This document shows positions 1 to 8,818 of a stretch of DNA of 12,303 bases, in pieces. Position 1 is the first letter of the stretch; every line of letters begins with the position of its first letter. The notes under the pieces are model-generated. The model had not been told where the DNA came from. It saw nothing but the letters and a program-made list of their open reading frames with translations, and searched no databases. Both the position numbers and the translations under genes were made by a program. The stretch is from a bacterium (GTDB lineage: Bacteria > Fidelibacterota > Marinisomatia > Marinisomatales > UBA1611), in the NCBI GenBank assembly GCA_038127595.1, contig JAYPIC010000047.1, positions 1 to 12,303 of the forward strand, read 5' to 3'.

Positions 1-1033
1 AAATTTTAAATTTTATTTTATCGCCTGACCTCAAGTCTTTTTCAGCTATGATATCTCTTATATCAGATGGCGAATTTACCTTTTTGTTTGCTGCAGTCAC
101 AATTATATCTCCAATAGAAATTCCTGCTTTTTGGGCAGGACTATTTTTATCCACGTGTACAACAATAACGCCATTTCTAAATGGAATGTTTAAATGTCTT
201 ATCAATCCCCTGGTAAGAGGCTGCACCACTAAGCCAGTTGTGAAACTTCTATCAATACTTCCTGAAGTTTTTAATTCTTTCGCTATTCTTTTTGCTGTAT
301 TAATAGGGATTGCAAAACCTATCCCAATAGAACCTCGATTATGATTTGATCCAGTGAAAATAAATGTGTTTATGCCAATAACATCTCCATTTGCATTGAC
401 TAGCGGTCCTCCTGAATTACCAGGGTTTATAGCTGCATCAGTTTGAATCATATTTTGCAAAACTCTTCCAGACTCTCTCTGCATTCCAAAATCCATATGA
501 TTAGCGCTAATTATTCCAACGCTTGCTGTAGGTTGGTTACTAATACTAAATAACTCAAATGGATTACCTAAAGCAATTACCCACTCTCCAATGATTAAAT
601 CATCAGAATCTCCCAAATCTGCGTATGGAAAATTTTTACCATCTAAACGCAATAATGCCAAATCGGAGGTCTTATCAATGCCTACAACTTCAGCATCAAA
701 GGTTTCACCTCCAGACAAAGTTACAGTTATTTTAGAAGCTTTCTCAACTACATGAGTATTTGTTAAAACGTAACCATCAGGACTGATAACAACACCGCTG
801 CCAGAGCTTTTCACAGGGTATATTTCAGGTGGAAAAAAATAACGAAAAAACGGATCAGGTGAAGAATAAGCACTTACAGTTTGTTCAACATTTATGCTCG
901 CAACAGCAGGCCCTACCCTCTCAATTGCTTTGGTAATTGCAGTTTTACGGGAATTATAAATGTCCGATTGACCATGCAATAAGCTAAAAATCAAAATAAA
1001 TGCTGTAATGTATAAGGGATTATTTTTAATCAT
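1..1033 (-). CDS. htrA: HtrA/DegP-family periplasmic serine protease (trypsin domain + PDZ), 3' end runs off the window
   Basis: Not in the ORF track; translated by hand from ATG at 1033 (8-nt overlap with truA end, ATGATTAA): MIKNNPLYITAFILIFSLLHG (signal peptide)...GSGVVISPDGYVLTNTHVV (His)...DKTSDLALL (Asp)...IQTDAAINPGNSGGPL (Ser)...GIGFAIPIN...SPAQKAGISIGDII (PDZ). No stop codon before position 1. Confidence 0.95.
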   Translation of the reverse strand, partial: MIKNNPLYITAFILIFSLLHGQSDIYNSRKTAITKAIERVGPAVASINVEQTVSAYSSPDPFFRYFFPPEIYPVKSSGSGVVISPDGYVLTNTHVVEKASKITVTLSGGETFDAEVVGIDKTSDLALLRLDGKNFPYADLGDSDDLIIGEWVIALGNPFELFSISNQPTASVGIISANHMDFGMQRESGRVLQNMIQTDAAINPGNSGGPLVNANGDVIGINTFIFTGSNHNRGSIGIGFAIPINTAKRIAKELKTSGSIDRSFTTGLVVQPLTRGLIRHLNIPFRNGVIVVHVDKNSPAQKAGISIGDIIVTAANKKVNSPSDIRDIIAEKDLRSGDKIKFKI

Positions 1034-1763
1034 ATTCCACATCTAATAATTGTAGACCACAGGATGGTGCTTTATGAATTTGAACATTCTTTTGTGGTTC
1101 ATGCAACAGGGTTTTAAAATGTTTTATGGAAAACATACCTTCAGATACTGCTACCATCGTGCCAACTAGATATCTTATCATATGATGCATAAATCTGTTT
1201 GCACATACTTTATACGTTAGCATTTTTTTTTCTATTTCCCATTTAGAATAATAGATGTATGACCTAGTATTTTTCATTTCTGGATTATATTTTGAAAAAG
1301 ATAAAAAATCATGTTCTCCAACGATATAATCTGCTAATTGATTTAAAATTTTTATATCAATGCTATCATTTTTTAACCAAGCTTGGTTACGATATAACAT
1401 AGATTTGCCTGTATATATTTGGTATTTATATGTTCTATTTTTTGCATCAAATCTAGAATCGAACCTATCATGTGTTTTACATAAAGACATGATCTTACAA
1501 TTTTCATCAGTATAGTAATTCAAGGCATTTTTAAGTTGGTTTTCAGTTAAATGGGTATCTAATTCAAAATGTGCAACTTGACCGATTGCATGCACTCCGG
1601 CATCCGTTCTACCAGAGCCTTTTACAGTTATACGGGATTTAGATCTAGCTATAGTCATTAACGCATTTTCAATATCTCCCTGTACTGTCTTTTGATTTTT
1701 TTGCAATTGCCATCCTCTAAAAAATGACCCATCATATTGAATTACTATTTTATATTTATGCAA
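1026..1763 (-). CDS. truA: tRNA pseudouridine(38-40) synthase
   Basis: YDGSxFxGWQ N-terminal motif, GSGRTDAGVHA with catalytic Asp, GEHDFLSF, NRFMHHMIRYLVG, APSCGLxL; TTG start; 245 aa is a typical length. Confidence 0.97.
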   Translation of the reverse strand: MHKYKIVIQYDGSFFRGWQLQKNQKTVQGDIENALMTIARSKSRITVKGSGRTDAGVHAIGQVAHFELDTHLTENQLKNALNYYTDENCKIMSLCKTHDRFDSRFDAKNRTYKYQIYTGKSMLYRNQAWLKNDSIDIKILNQLADYIVGEHDFLSFSKYNPEMKNTRSYIYYSKWEIEKKMLTYKVCANRFMHHMIRYLVGTMVAVSEGMFSIKHFKTLLHEPQKNVQIHKAPSCGLQLLDVEYD

Positions 1764-1773
1764 AAAATATTTT

Positions 1774-2376
1774 TTAAAACTCTAAAAATAAACCATATCT
1801 ATAAATCCCATTTGATCTTTGGATTAATGGTTTCAGAGAAAGAGTACTATCCTTATTAATGTTTAAAATATATAAAGTATTTATACTTGAGATTATATGA
1901 TTCATTATTATACCTCCAACTAAAAATTTTCCAACAAGAAAATATTTATCACTTTTTATTCTCATGTTCTCAAATTTTTTTCTCTTAATATGATCCGACT
2001 GCCAATCCCATGGGTGGTCTGACCATTGCCCCCCTTTAGAATCTCTCATTCTTAGATGTTCAGAATCATAGTCATTATTAGTATTATAATTACCAATATC
2101 CGTCCAGTATCTGTCGTCAGTTGGAGTAGTTGCTCCAGCATGCTTTGCAGCATACGATATGTATTTATGCTCGATTAGATAAGATGTTTTAAAAGCTGAA
2201 TAACAAGCAGCAAATAGCACAATTTCAGAATGCATAAAAAATTTTGATGATTTATGATAACCCAAATCTCTCTCGCCTGAGCCAGGCATTAAAAAAGATT
2301 TAGCTACAGGGTGAATAGGAGAGAGACCATAACAAAGACTAGAACAAAAAAGTGTTATTAAAAATATTTTCTGCAT
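1774..2376 (-). CDS. Hypothetical exported/membrane protein
   Basis: 200-aa ORF in operon orientation. It has an N-terminal signal-like stretch (MQKIFLITLFCSSLCYG), an SxxxPGxG motif (KSFLMPGSGE), two hydrophobic segments, an aromatic-rich middle (YWTDIGNY, WDW) and a C-terminal alternating strand ending in Phe (YGLFLEF). Confidence 0.8.
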   Translation of the reverse strand: MQKIFLITLFCSSLCYGLSPIHPVAKSFLMPGSGERDLGYHKSSKFFMHSEIVLFAACYSAFKTSYLIEHKYISYAAKHAGATTPTDDRYWTDIGNYNTNNDYDSEHLRMRDSKGGQWSDHPWDWQSDHIKRKKFENMRIKSDKYFLVGKFLVGGIIMNHIISSINTLYILNINKDSTLSLKPLIQRSNGIYRYGLFLEF

Positions 2377-3857
2377 TTGTATAATATTACAATCAAAATA
2401 ATGATCGAGATAATTATAGCAAATATATCTCCATATTTTGTATAAAAGCTTCCATTTTTGTTAGAACTTAAACTCTCAAAAATTATTTTTTCTTCATTTA
2501 ATTGCACTTTTGTTTTAATGGACCCATCAATATTGATAATTCCAGAAATTCCAGTATTTGCACACCTTATAATGGGTATGCGATTTTCAATAGCCCGAAG
2601 TCTCGCCAACTCAAAATGCTGATAAGGACCAAATGAACTGCCAAGCCAACCATCATTTGCTTGAATGATTAGAAATTCAGCTCCTTTGGAAACAAATGTT
2701 CTAGATATCTTTGGAATTGAGGACTCATAACAAATTAAATTTGAAAATAAAAGATTTTCATGCTTAAATACCTTATAATTATTACCTGATTTGAAATTTC
2801 CTCTATCTATATTGATATTTAATTTTGTTAATGGGTGAAAAATAGAAGGTATTAAATCGTACTCGGCGAATGGTACTAAATGTATTTTTGAATATAACTC
2901 ATATTTTTTTTGCGGAATAATAAACATAGAGCTATTGTAATAATATCTAAAATTATTTTCAAAAGATGTATGTATTGTGCCTGTTAACAATGGTATATCA
3001 GAGCTGTTTACCTTGCTCTGCAAAGCACCCCTTGTTCTATTATCTCTAACAAGATATGAGGGTAACGCAGTCTCTGGAAAAACAATTAGATCTGGTTTAA
3101 ATTTTATGGATTCTTGGTGCAGAGAATCCATAAAAGCTATAATCTTTTTTTTGTTTAGCCACTTAGTATTTGGATTAACATTTGGTTGAACGACAGCAAC
3201 ACTAATTTTTTGGTTCGATTTTGGTAAGGACAAAATTCTTCCTGCTCCGGCAATAGATAATCCAATTATAATAAGTAAAATAAAAGACAATCCCTTTAAT
3301 AAAGATATCTTTTTTTGAACAACATTATATAATATTACATTAAATCCAATGATGAAAAATGATACACCATATGTACCTGTTACTTCAATGAACTGAATAA
3401 AATAAATGTAATTTGACTGAGTGAGAGCAAGGTTTGACCAAGGAAAACCCAAAGCACCAAAACTTCTTACTTATTCTATTAATACAATGATGAAAGGGAA
3501 AAATATATTACCTGATATATACTGGTCTCCTTTTGAAATAAGCGAAAACAATAATCCTGCTCCAGCCCAAAAAAAAGCAAGGTAAAAAACCGCAGCAAAT
3601 AAGCTACCAAGAACTGTTAAGAAATCAGCACCAGAATTAACACCAATCCAATAAAAAGCAGTTAGATTAAATGATAAACCAAATATGTAACCGTAAATTA
3701 TGTTTTTTCTAAAATGTGAAATATTAAAAACATGAATAAGCGGAACAAACGAGCCCCAAGCTAAAAAGCCAAGCCCAAGAGGGTGAAATGCTAAACCAGT
3801 AGTAAATCCAGAGATTATAACTTGAATCAATGGATTAATATTTAAAAAAAAATTCAA
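2358..3857 (-). pseudogene. lnt: Apolipoprotein N-acyltransferase interrupted by one in-frame TAA (codon 129, 3471-3473); pseudogene, sequence error or readthrough
   Basis: The two listed ORFs (3471..3857 and 2358..3452) are in the same frame and read through as ...IIVLIE*VRSFGALGFPWSNLALTQ..., matching the Lnt E-x-x-R...GFPW motif. The nitrilase triad motifs FPETA, YSKIHLVPFAEY and ICYES are present, as are QPN, NDGW, RAIENR and NTGIS. Total 499 codons plus stop. Family identity is near certain; pseudogene status is not. Confidence 0.8.
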
Positions 3858-4267
3858 TTATTTATTTTATCCAAATGTTGTTGCAGTATGATTGCAGCTG
3901 CACGCATATCAACTTCAGATTTATTATGTCCAGTTTTTACATTTTGAACAACCATTGATTTTTTTGCAGTAACTGAACTTAGCCTCTCATCTTCATAAAC
4001 TATTGGTATATTAAATACCATAAGAGAAGATTTGAATTCTCTAATCTTTTTTGTCTGAGGTGAATCTACTCCACTCATATTCAGTGGTAAACCCAAAACG
4101 ATAGTTTCTACATCAAATTCATTGATAAGTTCTTCCAGCTGGCTTAATAAATCTTTCTGATTATTAAAAAATAAAGTTTTAAAAGGGGATGCTATAAAAT
4201 TTAACTTATCAGATAATGCTATCCCAACTCGCTTACTGCCCAAGTCAATTCCCAAACTTCTACCCAT
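3854..4267 (-). CDS. ruvX: YqgF/RuvX family RNase H-fold nuclease (pre-16S rRNA processing / putative resolvase)
   Basis: LGIDLGSKRVGIALSD, VLGLPLNMSG, DERLSS and VDMRAAAIILQ are YqgF signature motifs; 137 aa. Confidence 0.96.
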   Translation of the reverse strand: MGRSLGIDLGSKRVGIALSDKLNFIASPFKTLFFNNQKDLLSQLEELINEFDVETIVLGLPLNMSGVDSPQTKKIREFKSSLMVFNIPIVYEDERLSSVTAKKSMVVQNVKTGHNKSEVDMRAAAIILQQHLDKINN

Positions 4268-4271
4268 TGAA

Positions 4272-4580
4272 TTAAATCGGCTTTTTTAGATGCTCTTTTA
4301 AAAGTTTTCCTGGTTTAAAATGTGTTTTTTTATGTGCAGGCACGAAAATTTCTTCATTAGTTCTTGGATTTCTTGCTTTTGGTTTTGCTTTAGCCGGCTT
4401 ACTTTCAATAACTCCAAAATTTCTTACTTCCACTCTAATGTAATCATCATCTTTGCATAATAGTTCTCTTACTGCATTAAATACTTCATCAGTGTATATA
4501 ATTGATTTTCTTATACTTTTATTAAGATTTCTGCTAACAATTTTTGCTATATCTCTCTTAGTAAACGTTTTAACTTGCAT
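4272..4580 (-). CDS. HU/IHF-family nucleoid-associated DNA-binding protein
   Basis: TKRDIA N-terminal helix, RVEVRNFGVIE, ARNPRTNEEIFVP arm with intercalating Pro, FKPGKLLK; basic, 102 aa. Confidence 0.93.
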   Translation of the reverse strand: MQVKTFTKRDIAKIVSRNLNKSIRKSIIYTDEVFNAVRELLCKDDDYIRVEVRNFGVIESKPAKAKPKARNPRTNEEIFVPAHKKTHFKPGKLLKEHLKKPI

Positions 4581-4581
4581 A

Positions 4582-6774
4582 CTATTTCCCTATTCTCTCT
4601 ACCTTATCAACGTGGTTAATATTATATAGTTTTTTTATTAATCTATCTAATTGCCTTTTATTTTTTATTTGAACTATAAAGTAAGCAGTAGCAACTGCAC
4701 CATTTACTTTAATATCTACACTAGCAATATTTATATTCTGCCCTCCAATACATTCTGATAAATCTTTTAATAAACCTTTGTAGTCCATTCCTACAATTTT
4801 TAACCTAGAATTAAATATTGCATCTCTTGGTAAATTCCAATCAACGTCAACTAATCTATCCTCATCTTTCGTAACAAGTGGAAGACTATGACAACCCATT
4901 CTATGAACAGTAAGGCCTCTGCCCCTTGTTACAAAGCCGATAACATCATCTCCCGGTATAGGGCTGCAACATTTACCATATTTAATCATTAGATTATTGA
5001 TTCCATCTAATATAATTCCATCTTTAGGACGCAAAACATTTTCAATTGCATCTCCAATCTTTTTGTATGCTGAATCAGTTTTTTCAAAGTGAGTGGGATT
5101 TATTTTTTTATGAATTTCTCTGAATGTTATTTTTCCTTGACCAATTGATGAAAGATATGACTCTTGATCACTAAAACCAAAATTATTGAAGGCTCCTAGA
5201 TATAGGTCTTTTTGACCATATATTTTCAACCTCCTTAAAGTCTTAAATAATATTTCTTTACCTAATTTCATGCTCTCAGCCCTGCTTGTACTTTTTAGAT
5301 ATTTGTTGATAGCATTAGCAGCTTTACTGGTCACAACGAACTTTTTCCAGTTTATACTGGGCGTTTGTTTTTTACCCGTTATAATCTCAACAATATCACC
5401 ACTTTTTAGTTCTACGTTTAAGGTTACTAGCTGATGATTAACTTTTGCACCTAAACAGTGCATACCTACTTGCGTATGAACTTCAAAAGCGAAATCAACC
5501 GGAGTAGAACCTGCAGGCAATTGAATCAAATCGCCTGCTGGAGTAAACACATATATTTCTCTATCAAAAAGATCTATTTTTAATAAGTCCATAAATTCTT
5601 TGGGATCACTCGATTCATTTTTTAAAATGTCTATCAATTCTCTCAACCATTTAATATCAGAACCTAAGTCATTGGCTTCCCTTTTCCCCTCTTTGTATAA
5701 CCAATGAGATGCTATTCCAATTTCAGCTGTTTCATCCATTTCTGATGTTCGTATTTGTATTTCCACCATTTTTCCATCAGTTCCGATGATAGTTGTATGT
5801 ATAGATTGATATCCATTTGATTTTGGCGTTGCTATAAAATCCTTAAATCTTTCTTGGACTGGAGTAAATATGCTATGAACAACACCTAAAGCGGAATAGC
5901 AATCCTCTATTTTATCAACGATTATCCTAATAGCGTAAATATCATATATATCCTCGAATGCTTTATTCCTATTAAGCATTTTTCCATAAATTGAATAAAA
6001 AGATTTTGATCTGCCAAAAATATTACAATCCATTTTATATTTTTTTAGGCCGTTTGATATCGGCTCTATGTAACTATTGATTAGCTTTTTTCTTTGCTTA
6101 TTTGTTGTTTTAAGTTTTGAAGCAATTAAATCATATTCATCTTTGTTAAGTACCTGAAAGGCTAAATCATCTAATTTAGATTTAACACTAGCCATTCCCA
6201 ATCTGTGTGCTAAAGGAGAATATACATCTCGAGTTTCTATTGCAATTCGCCTTTGTTTCATTCTTGGCATATGAGTTATGGTTTTCATATTGTGCATTCT
6301 ATCTGCAAATTTTATAATAATTACACGAATGTCCTTAGCCACAGACAATAACATTTTCATAAAGTTTCCAGCCTGTTTTTCTTTTCTAGTACCAAACTCA
6401 ATACCACTAATTTTAGTTAGACCGTCAACAAGATTAGCAAGATCTTTATTGAACTCCCTTTCAATGTCTCCTAACGTAATATTAGTATCCTCTACAACAT
6501 CATGAAGTAGGCCCGCCATTATAGTAGTATAGTCCATATTCCAACCAGCTAATGTAACCGCTACTTCGACACAATGGTTAAAATAAGGCTCACCAGATTT
6601 TCTTTTTTGCCCTTCATGATACCTACTACCAAACTCAAATGCTTTCCAGAGATTATCCTTTATTTCCTCTTTGTTTAATTCTGGAGGGATATGTACTTGA
6701 CTATAAAGCTCCAGAAATTGCTTGGGATAATCTCCAAAAAACTGAGGTACTAATTTTGCTAAAGGGTTTTCCAT
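4582..6774 (-). CDS. rel: Long bifunctional (p)ppGpp synthetase/hydrolase (RelA/SpoT homologue)
   Basis: Intact HD hydrolase motifs (HEGQKRKSGEPY, LLHDVVED, KFADRMHNM), synthetase motifs (RFKDFIATPKSNGYQSIHT, EIQIRT), TGS domain (VFTPAG...DFAFEVHT), zinc-finger region (KCCSPIPGD, VHRMGC) and C-terminal ACT domain. Confidence 0.97.
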   Translation of the reverse strand: MENPLAKLVPQFFGDYPKQFLELYSQVHIPPELNKEEIKDNLWKAFEFGSRYHEGQKRKSGEPYFNHCVEVAVTLAGWNMDYTTIMAGLLHDVVEDTNITLGDIEREFNKDLANLVDGLTKISGIEFGTRKEKQAGNFMKMLLSVAKDIRVIIIKFADRMHNMKTITHMPRMKQRRIAIETRDVYSPLAHRLGMASVKSKLDDLAFQVLNKDEYDLIASKLKTTNKQRKKLINSYIEPISNGLKKYKMDCNIFGRSKSFYSIYGKMLNRNKAFEDIYDIYAIRIIVDKIEDCYSALGVVHSIFTPVQERFKDFIATPKSNGYQSIHTTIIGTDGKMVEIQIRTSEMDETAEIGIASHWLYKEGKREANDLGSDIKWLRELIDILKNESSDPKEFMDLLKIDLFDREIYVFTPAGDLIQLPAGSTPVDFAFEVHTQVGMHCLGAKVNHQLVTLNVELKSGDIVEIITGKKQTPSINWKKFVVTSKAANAINKYLKSTSRAESMKLGKEILFKTLRRLKIYGQKDLYLGAFNNFGFSDQESYLSSIGQGKITFREIHKKINPTHFEKTDSAYKKIGDAIENVLRPKDGIILDGINNLMIKYGKCCSPIPGDDVIGFVTRGRGLTVHRMGCHSLPLVTKDEDRLVDVDWNLPRDAIFNSRLKIVGMDYKGLLKDLSECIGGQNINIASVDIKVNGAVATAYFIVQIKNKRQLDRLIKKLYNINHVDKVERIGK

Positions 6775-6780
6775 TAAAGT

Positions 6781-8136
6781 TTAAAAAGGAGCATCAGTGT
6801 TTTGTGCTAAATTTTCAAACCTAGTATATCTATTAATATAAGTCGCTTCTACTATTCCTGTAGGCCCATTACGTTGCTTTGCGATAATAATCTCTGCCTT
6901 ACCCTCATCCTCTTCATCTCTGGAATAAACCCAAGGCCTAAATAGAAAAAGCACTACATCTGCATCTTGTTCAATGGCGCCACTCTCTCTCAAATCTGAG
7001 AGTTGCGGACGTTTGGATCCTGTTCGCTGCTCGACAGCCCTAGAAAGCTGAGATAAAGCAACTATGGGAACATCCAACTCTTTGGCTAATGCTTTCATGG
7101 ATCTTGAAATAGTGGCAATTTCTTGCTGCCTGCTCTCAACGCCCTTTGGTCCTTGCATAAGTTGAAGGTAATCAACTATTATCATATCTACATCTACATC
7201 ATTTTTTAGTCTTCTTGCTTTCGCTCTTAATTCTAAAATGCTTAATGCCGGAGTATCATCTAGATGAATGTTGGCTTTAGATAGTGGACCAACTGCTAAA
7301 CTTAAATTTCTATATTGAGATTTAGGCAATGTGCCCGATCTAACTAAATTACTATCAACTCTGGCTTCAGCACATAGTAGACGCATGGCTAATTGATTGT
7401 TAGCCATTTCTAAACTAAAAAAACCAATAGTTTTATCTCCATCAATTGCAGCATTTCGCATCATGTTTAATGCAAATGATGTTTTACCCATTCCTGGACG
7501 ACCAGCTATTATAACTAAATCTCCATTCTGGAACCCTGTAGTTTTTGAATCTAAATCACTAAAACCAGAAGGAACACCAATTACTGAACCTTTATGAGAT
7601 GCAATTCTATCAATGTCCTCAAACGTTTTATGAAGTACTGGGTCAATTTTTTCGAATCCTTTTTGAAGCCTATTTTGGGTAATGCTAAATATTGACCTTT
7701 GTACAGATTCTAATATATCATCCACATCTTGGCTATCATCAAAAGCCTCTTTTGAAATGTCGTTTGCTAAGAAAATCAAGTTTCTTAATATAGATTTTTC
7801 CATTACTATTTTTATATATCTTGCAACATGGGCAGTGGTAGGAACTAGTTCAACCAATCCACTAATATAAAAAGCACCGCCAACCGCTTCAAGGTCATTG
7901 TTTTTTGTCAATACATCAACTACAGAAACTGTATCTATTGGCTCATTCTTTTTATCTAGAATCTCCATTGCAGCAAAAATTAAAGAATGAGATTTTTTAT
8001 AAAAATGCTCCGAAGATAATTTTTTCTCAAAAGCTTTGTTTACAGCATCCTTATCTGTGAGCATTGAACCTAACACTGCTTGCTCTGCATCAATAGAATG
8101 AGGTTGAACGTTTAAAACTTCTTTTTTATTGACCAT
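6781..8136 (-). CDS. dnaB: Replicative DNA helicase
   Basis: PHSIDAEQAVLG N-terminus, Walker A GRPGMGKT, FSLEM, IVDYLQLM, LSQLSRAVE, DLRESGAIEQDAD, KQRNGPTG; 451 aa, no intein. Confidence 0.99.
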   Translation of the reverse strand: MVNKKEVLNVQPHSIDAEQAVLGSMLTDKDAVNKAFEKKLSSEHFYKKSHSLIFAAMEILDKKNEPIDTVSVVDVLTKNNDLEAVGGAFYISGLVELVPTTAHVARYIKIVMEKSILRNLIFLANDISKEAFDDSQDVDDILESVQRSIFSITQNRLQKGFEKIDPVLHKTFEDIDRIASHKGSVIGVPSGFSDLDSKTTGFQNGDLVIIAGRPGMGKTSFALNMMRNAAIDGDKTIGFFSLEMANNQLAMRLLCAEARVDSNLVRSGTLPKSQYRNLSLAVGPLSKANIHLDDTPALSILELRAKARRLKNDVDVDMIIVDYLQLMQGPKGVESRQQEIATISRSMKALAKELDVPIVALSQLSRAVEQRTGSKRPQLSDLRESGAIEQDADVVLFLFRPWVYSRDEEDEGKAEIIIAKQRNGPTGIVEATYINRYTRFENLAQNTDAPF

Positions 8137-8146
8137 ATATAGTTAT

Positions 8147-8812
8147 TTACTTTACAAAGTCACGTATGAATTGAAAATCTTCCCAAGCTAATTTTTTCAA
8201 TGACTGATATTGTAACAAAATGTCGGGACTATATGTAATTTTTAAAGGATAAGAAGAAAAACTATGAACTTTATTTCTCATGAGATCCATCGATAAATTT
8301 TTATTTATAAGGGATCTTCCAACCACCTTTCCTAGACCTACTATCATCTTTGGTTCAATGATTTCAATTTGTTTTTTTAGTAGAGGAATGAATTTATTTA
8401 TTTCAGTATTCAGAGGATACCTGAAGCCATCAATTTTAAACTTGATTAGATATGTGAAATAGACATTTGCTGATCTAGAATACCCAATTGCATTTAAAAT
8501 TTTTTCTAATAATTTTCCAGAATTACCTAAAAAAGGTTTGTTATATTCGACCTCATAATCGCTAGGGGACTCACCGACAATTAATAAATCGGCATTAGGA
8601 TCACCACTTCCAAAAACAACCTTACTGTTAATATTTTTTTTGTCAAAGCTCAAATCAATATCAACTTTGGAAGACAGATTTTTTAGAAGGTCAACTTTAG
8701 ATAACTTAAGAGATAACTTTTTTGATTTTTTAGTTATTGAATCTAAAAATAATTCTTCGCCATAAAGCTCTACATGCTGTTTAATAAATCTGTTTCTATC
8801 AGCATTTATCAT
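8147..8812 (-). CDS. Family-4 uracil-DNA glycosylase-like protein, degenerate (no Fe-S cysteines; Asn and His replaced)
   Basis: Family-4 scaffold is recognisable: VVFGSGDPNADLLIVGESP, PFLGNSGKLL, VYFT, QIEIIEPKMIVGLG, TYSP, KKLAWED. The protein contains no Cys. Confidence 0.88.
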   Translation of the reverse strand: MINADRNRFIKQHVELYGEELFLDSITKKSKKLSLKLSKVDLLKNLSSKVDIDLSFDKKNINSKVVFGSGDPNADLLIVGESPSDYEVEYNKPFLGNSGKLLEKILNAIGYSRSANVYFTYLIKFKIDGFRYPLNTEINKFIPLLKKQIEIIEPKMIVGLGKVVGRSLINKNLSMDLMRNKVHSFSSYPLKITYSPDILLQYQSLKKLAWEDFQFIRDFVK

Positions 8813-8818
8813 ACATAC

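Noticed and set aside
48..344. Plus-strand 98-aa ORF
   Set aside because: Antisense shadow of the htrA PDZ region; the minus-strand frame carries the protease motifs.
1762..1775. Perfect 14-bp palindrome AAAAAATATTTTTT between the hypothetical gene and truA
   Set aside because: It is AT-only and low complexity, with no GC stem, so it is not a credible terminator or operator without other evidence.
2320..2376. Lipoprotein signal in the hypothetical protein next to lnt
   Set aside because: The Cys contexts TLFC and SSLC do not match the [LVI][ASTVI][GAS]C lipobox; a signal peptidase I site is more plausible.
3471..3473. Genome-wide stop codon reassignment as the explanation for the lnt TAA
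   Set aside because: TAA correctly ends truA, dnaB, gmk, rpoZ and others. TAG ends rel and mutS, TGA ends yicC and ruvX, and Trp uses TGG, so standard code 11 fits.
3844..3852. A9 homopolymer at the start of lnt as a phase-variation tract
   Set aside because: The frame is intact across it, and similar 8-9 nt runs occur elsewhere (1223-1231, 11566-11573) in this AT-rich DNA.
6781..8136. Possible intein in dnaB
   Set aside because: Length is 451 aa and the usual insertion sites (Walker A, RESG-IEQDAD) are uninterrupted.
8661..8719. Short direct repeats (TCAACTTT x2, AGATAACTT x2) in the udg-like linker
   Set aside because: They are only 8-9 bp and reflect the repeated SKVD/KLS residues of a low-complexity linker; they do not form an array or mobile-element footprint.
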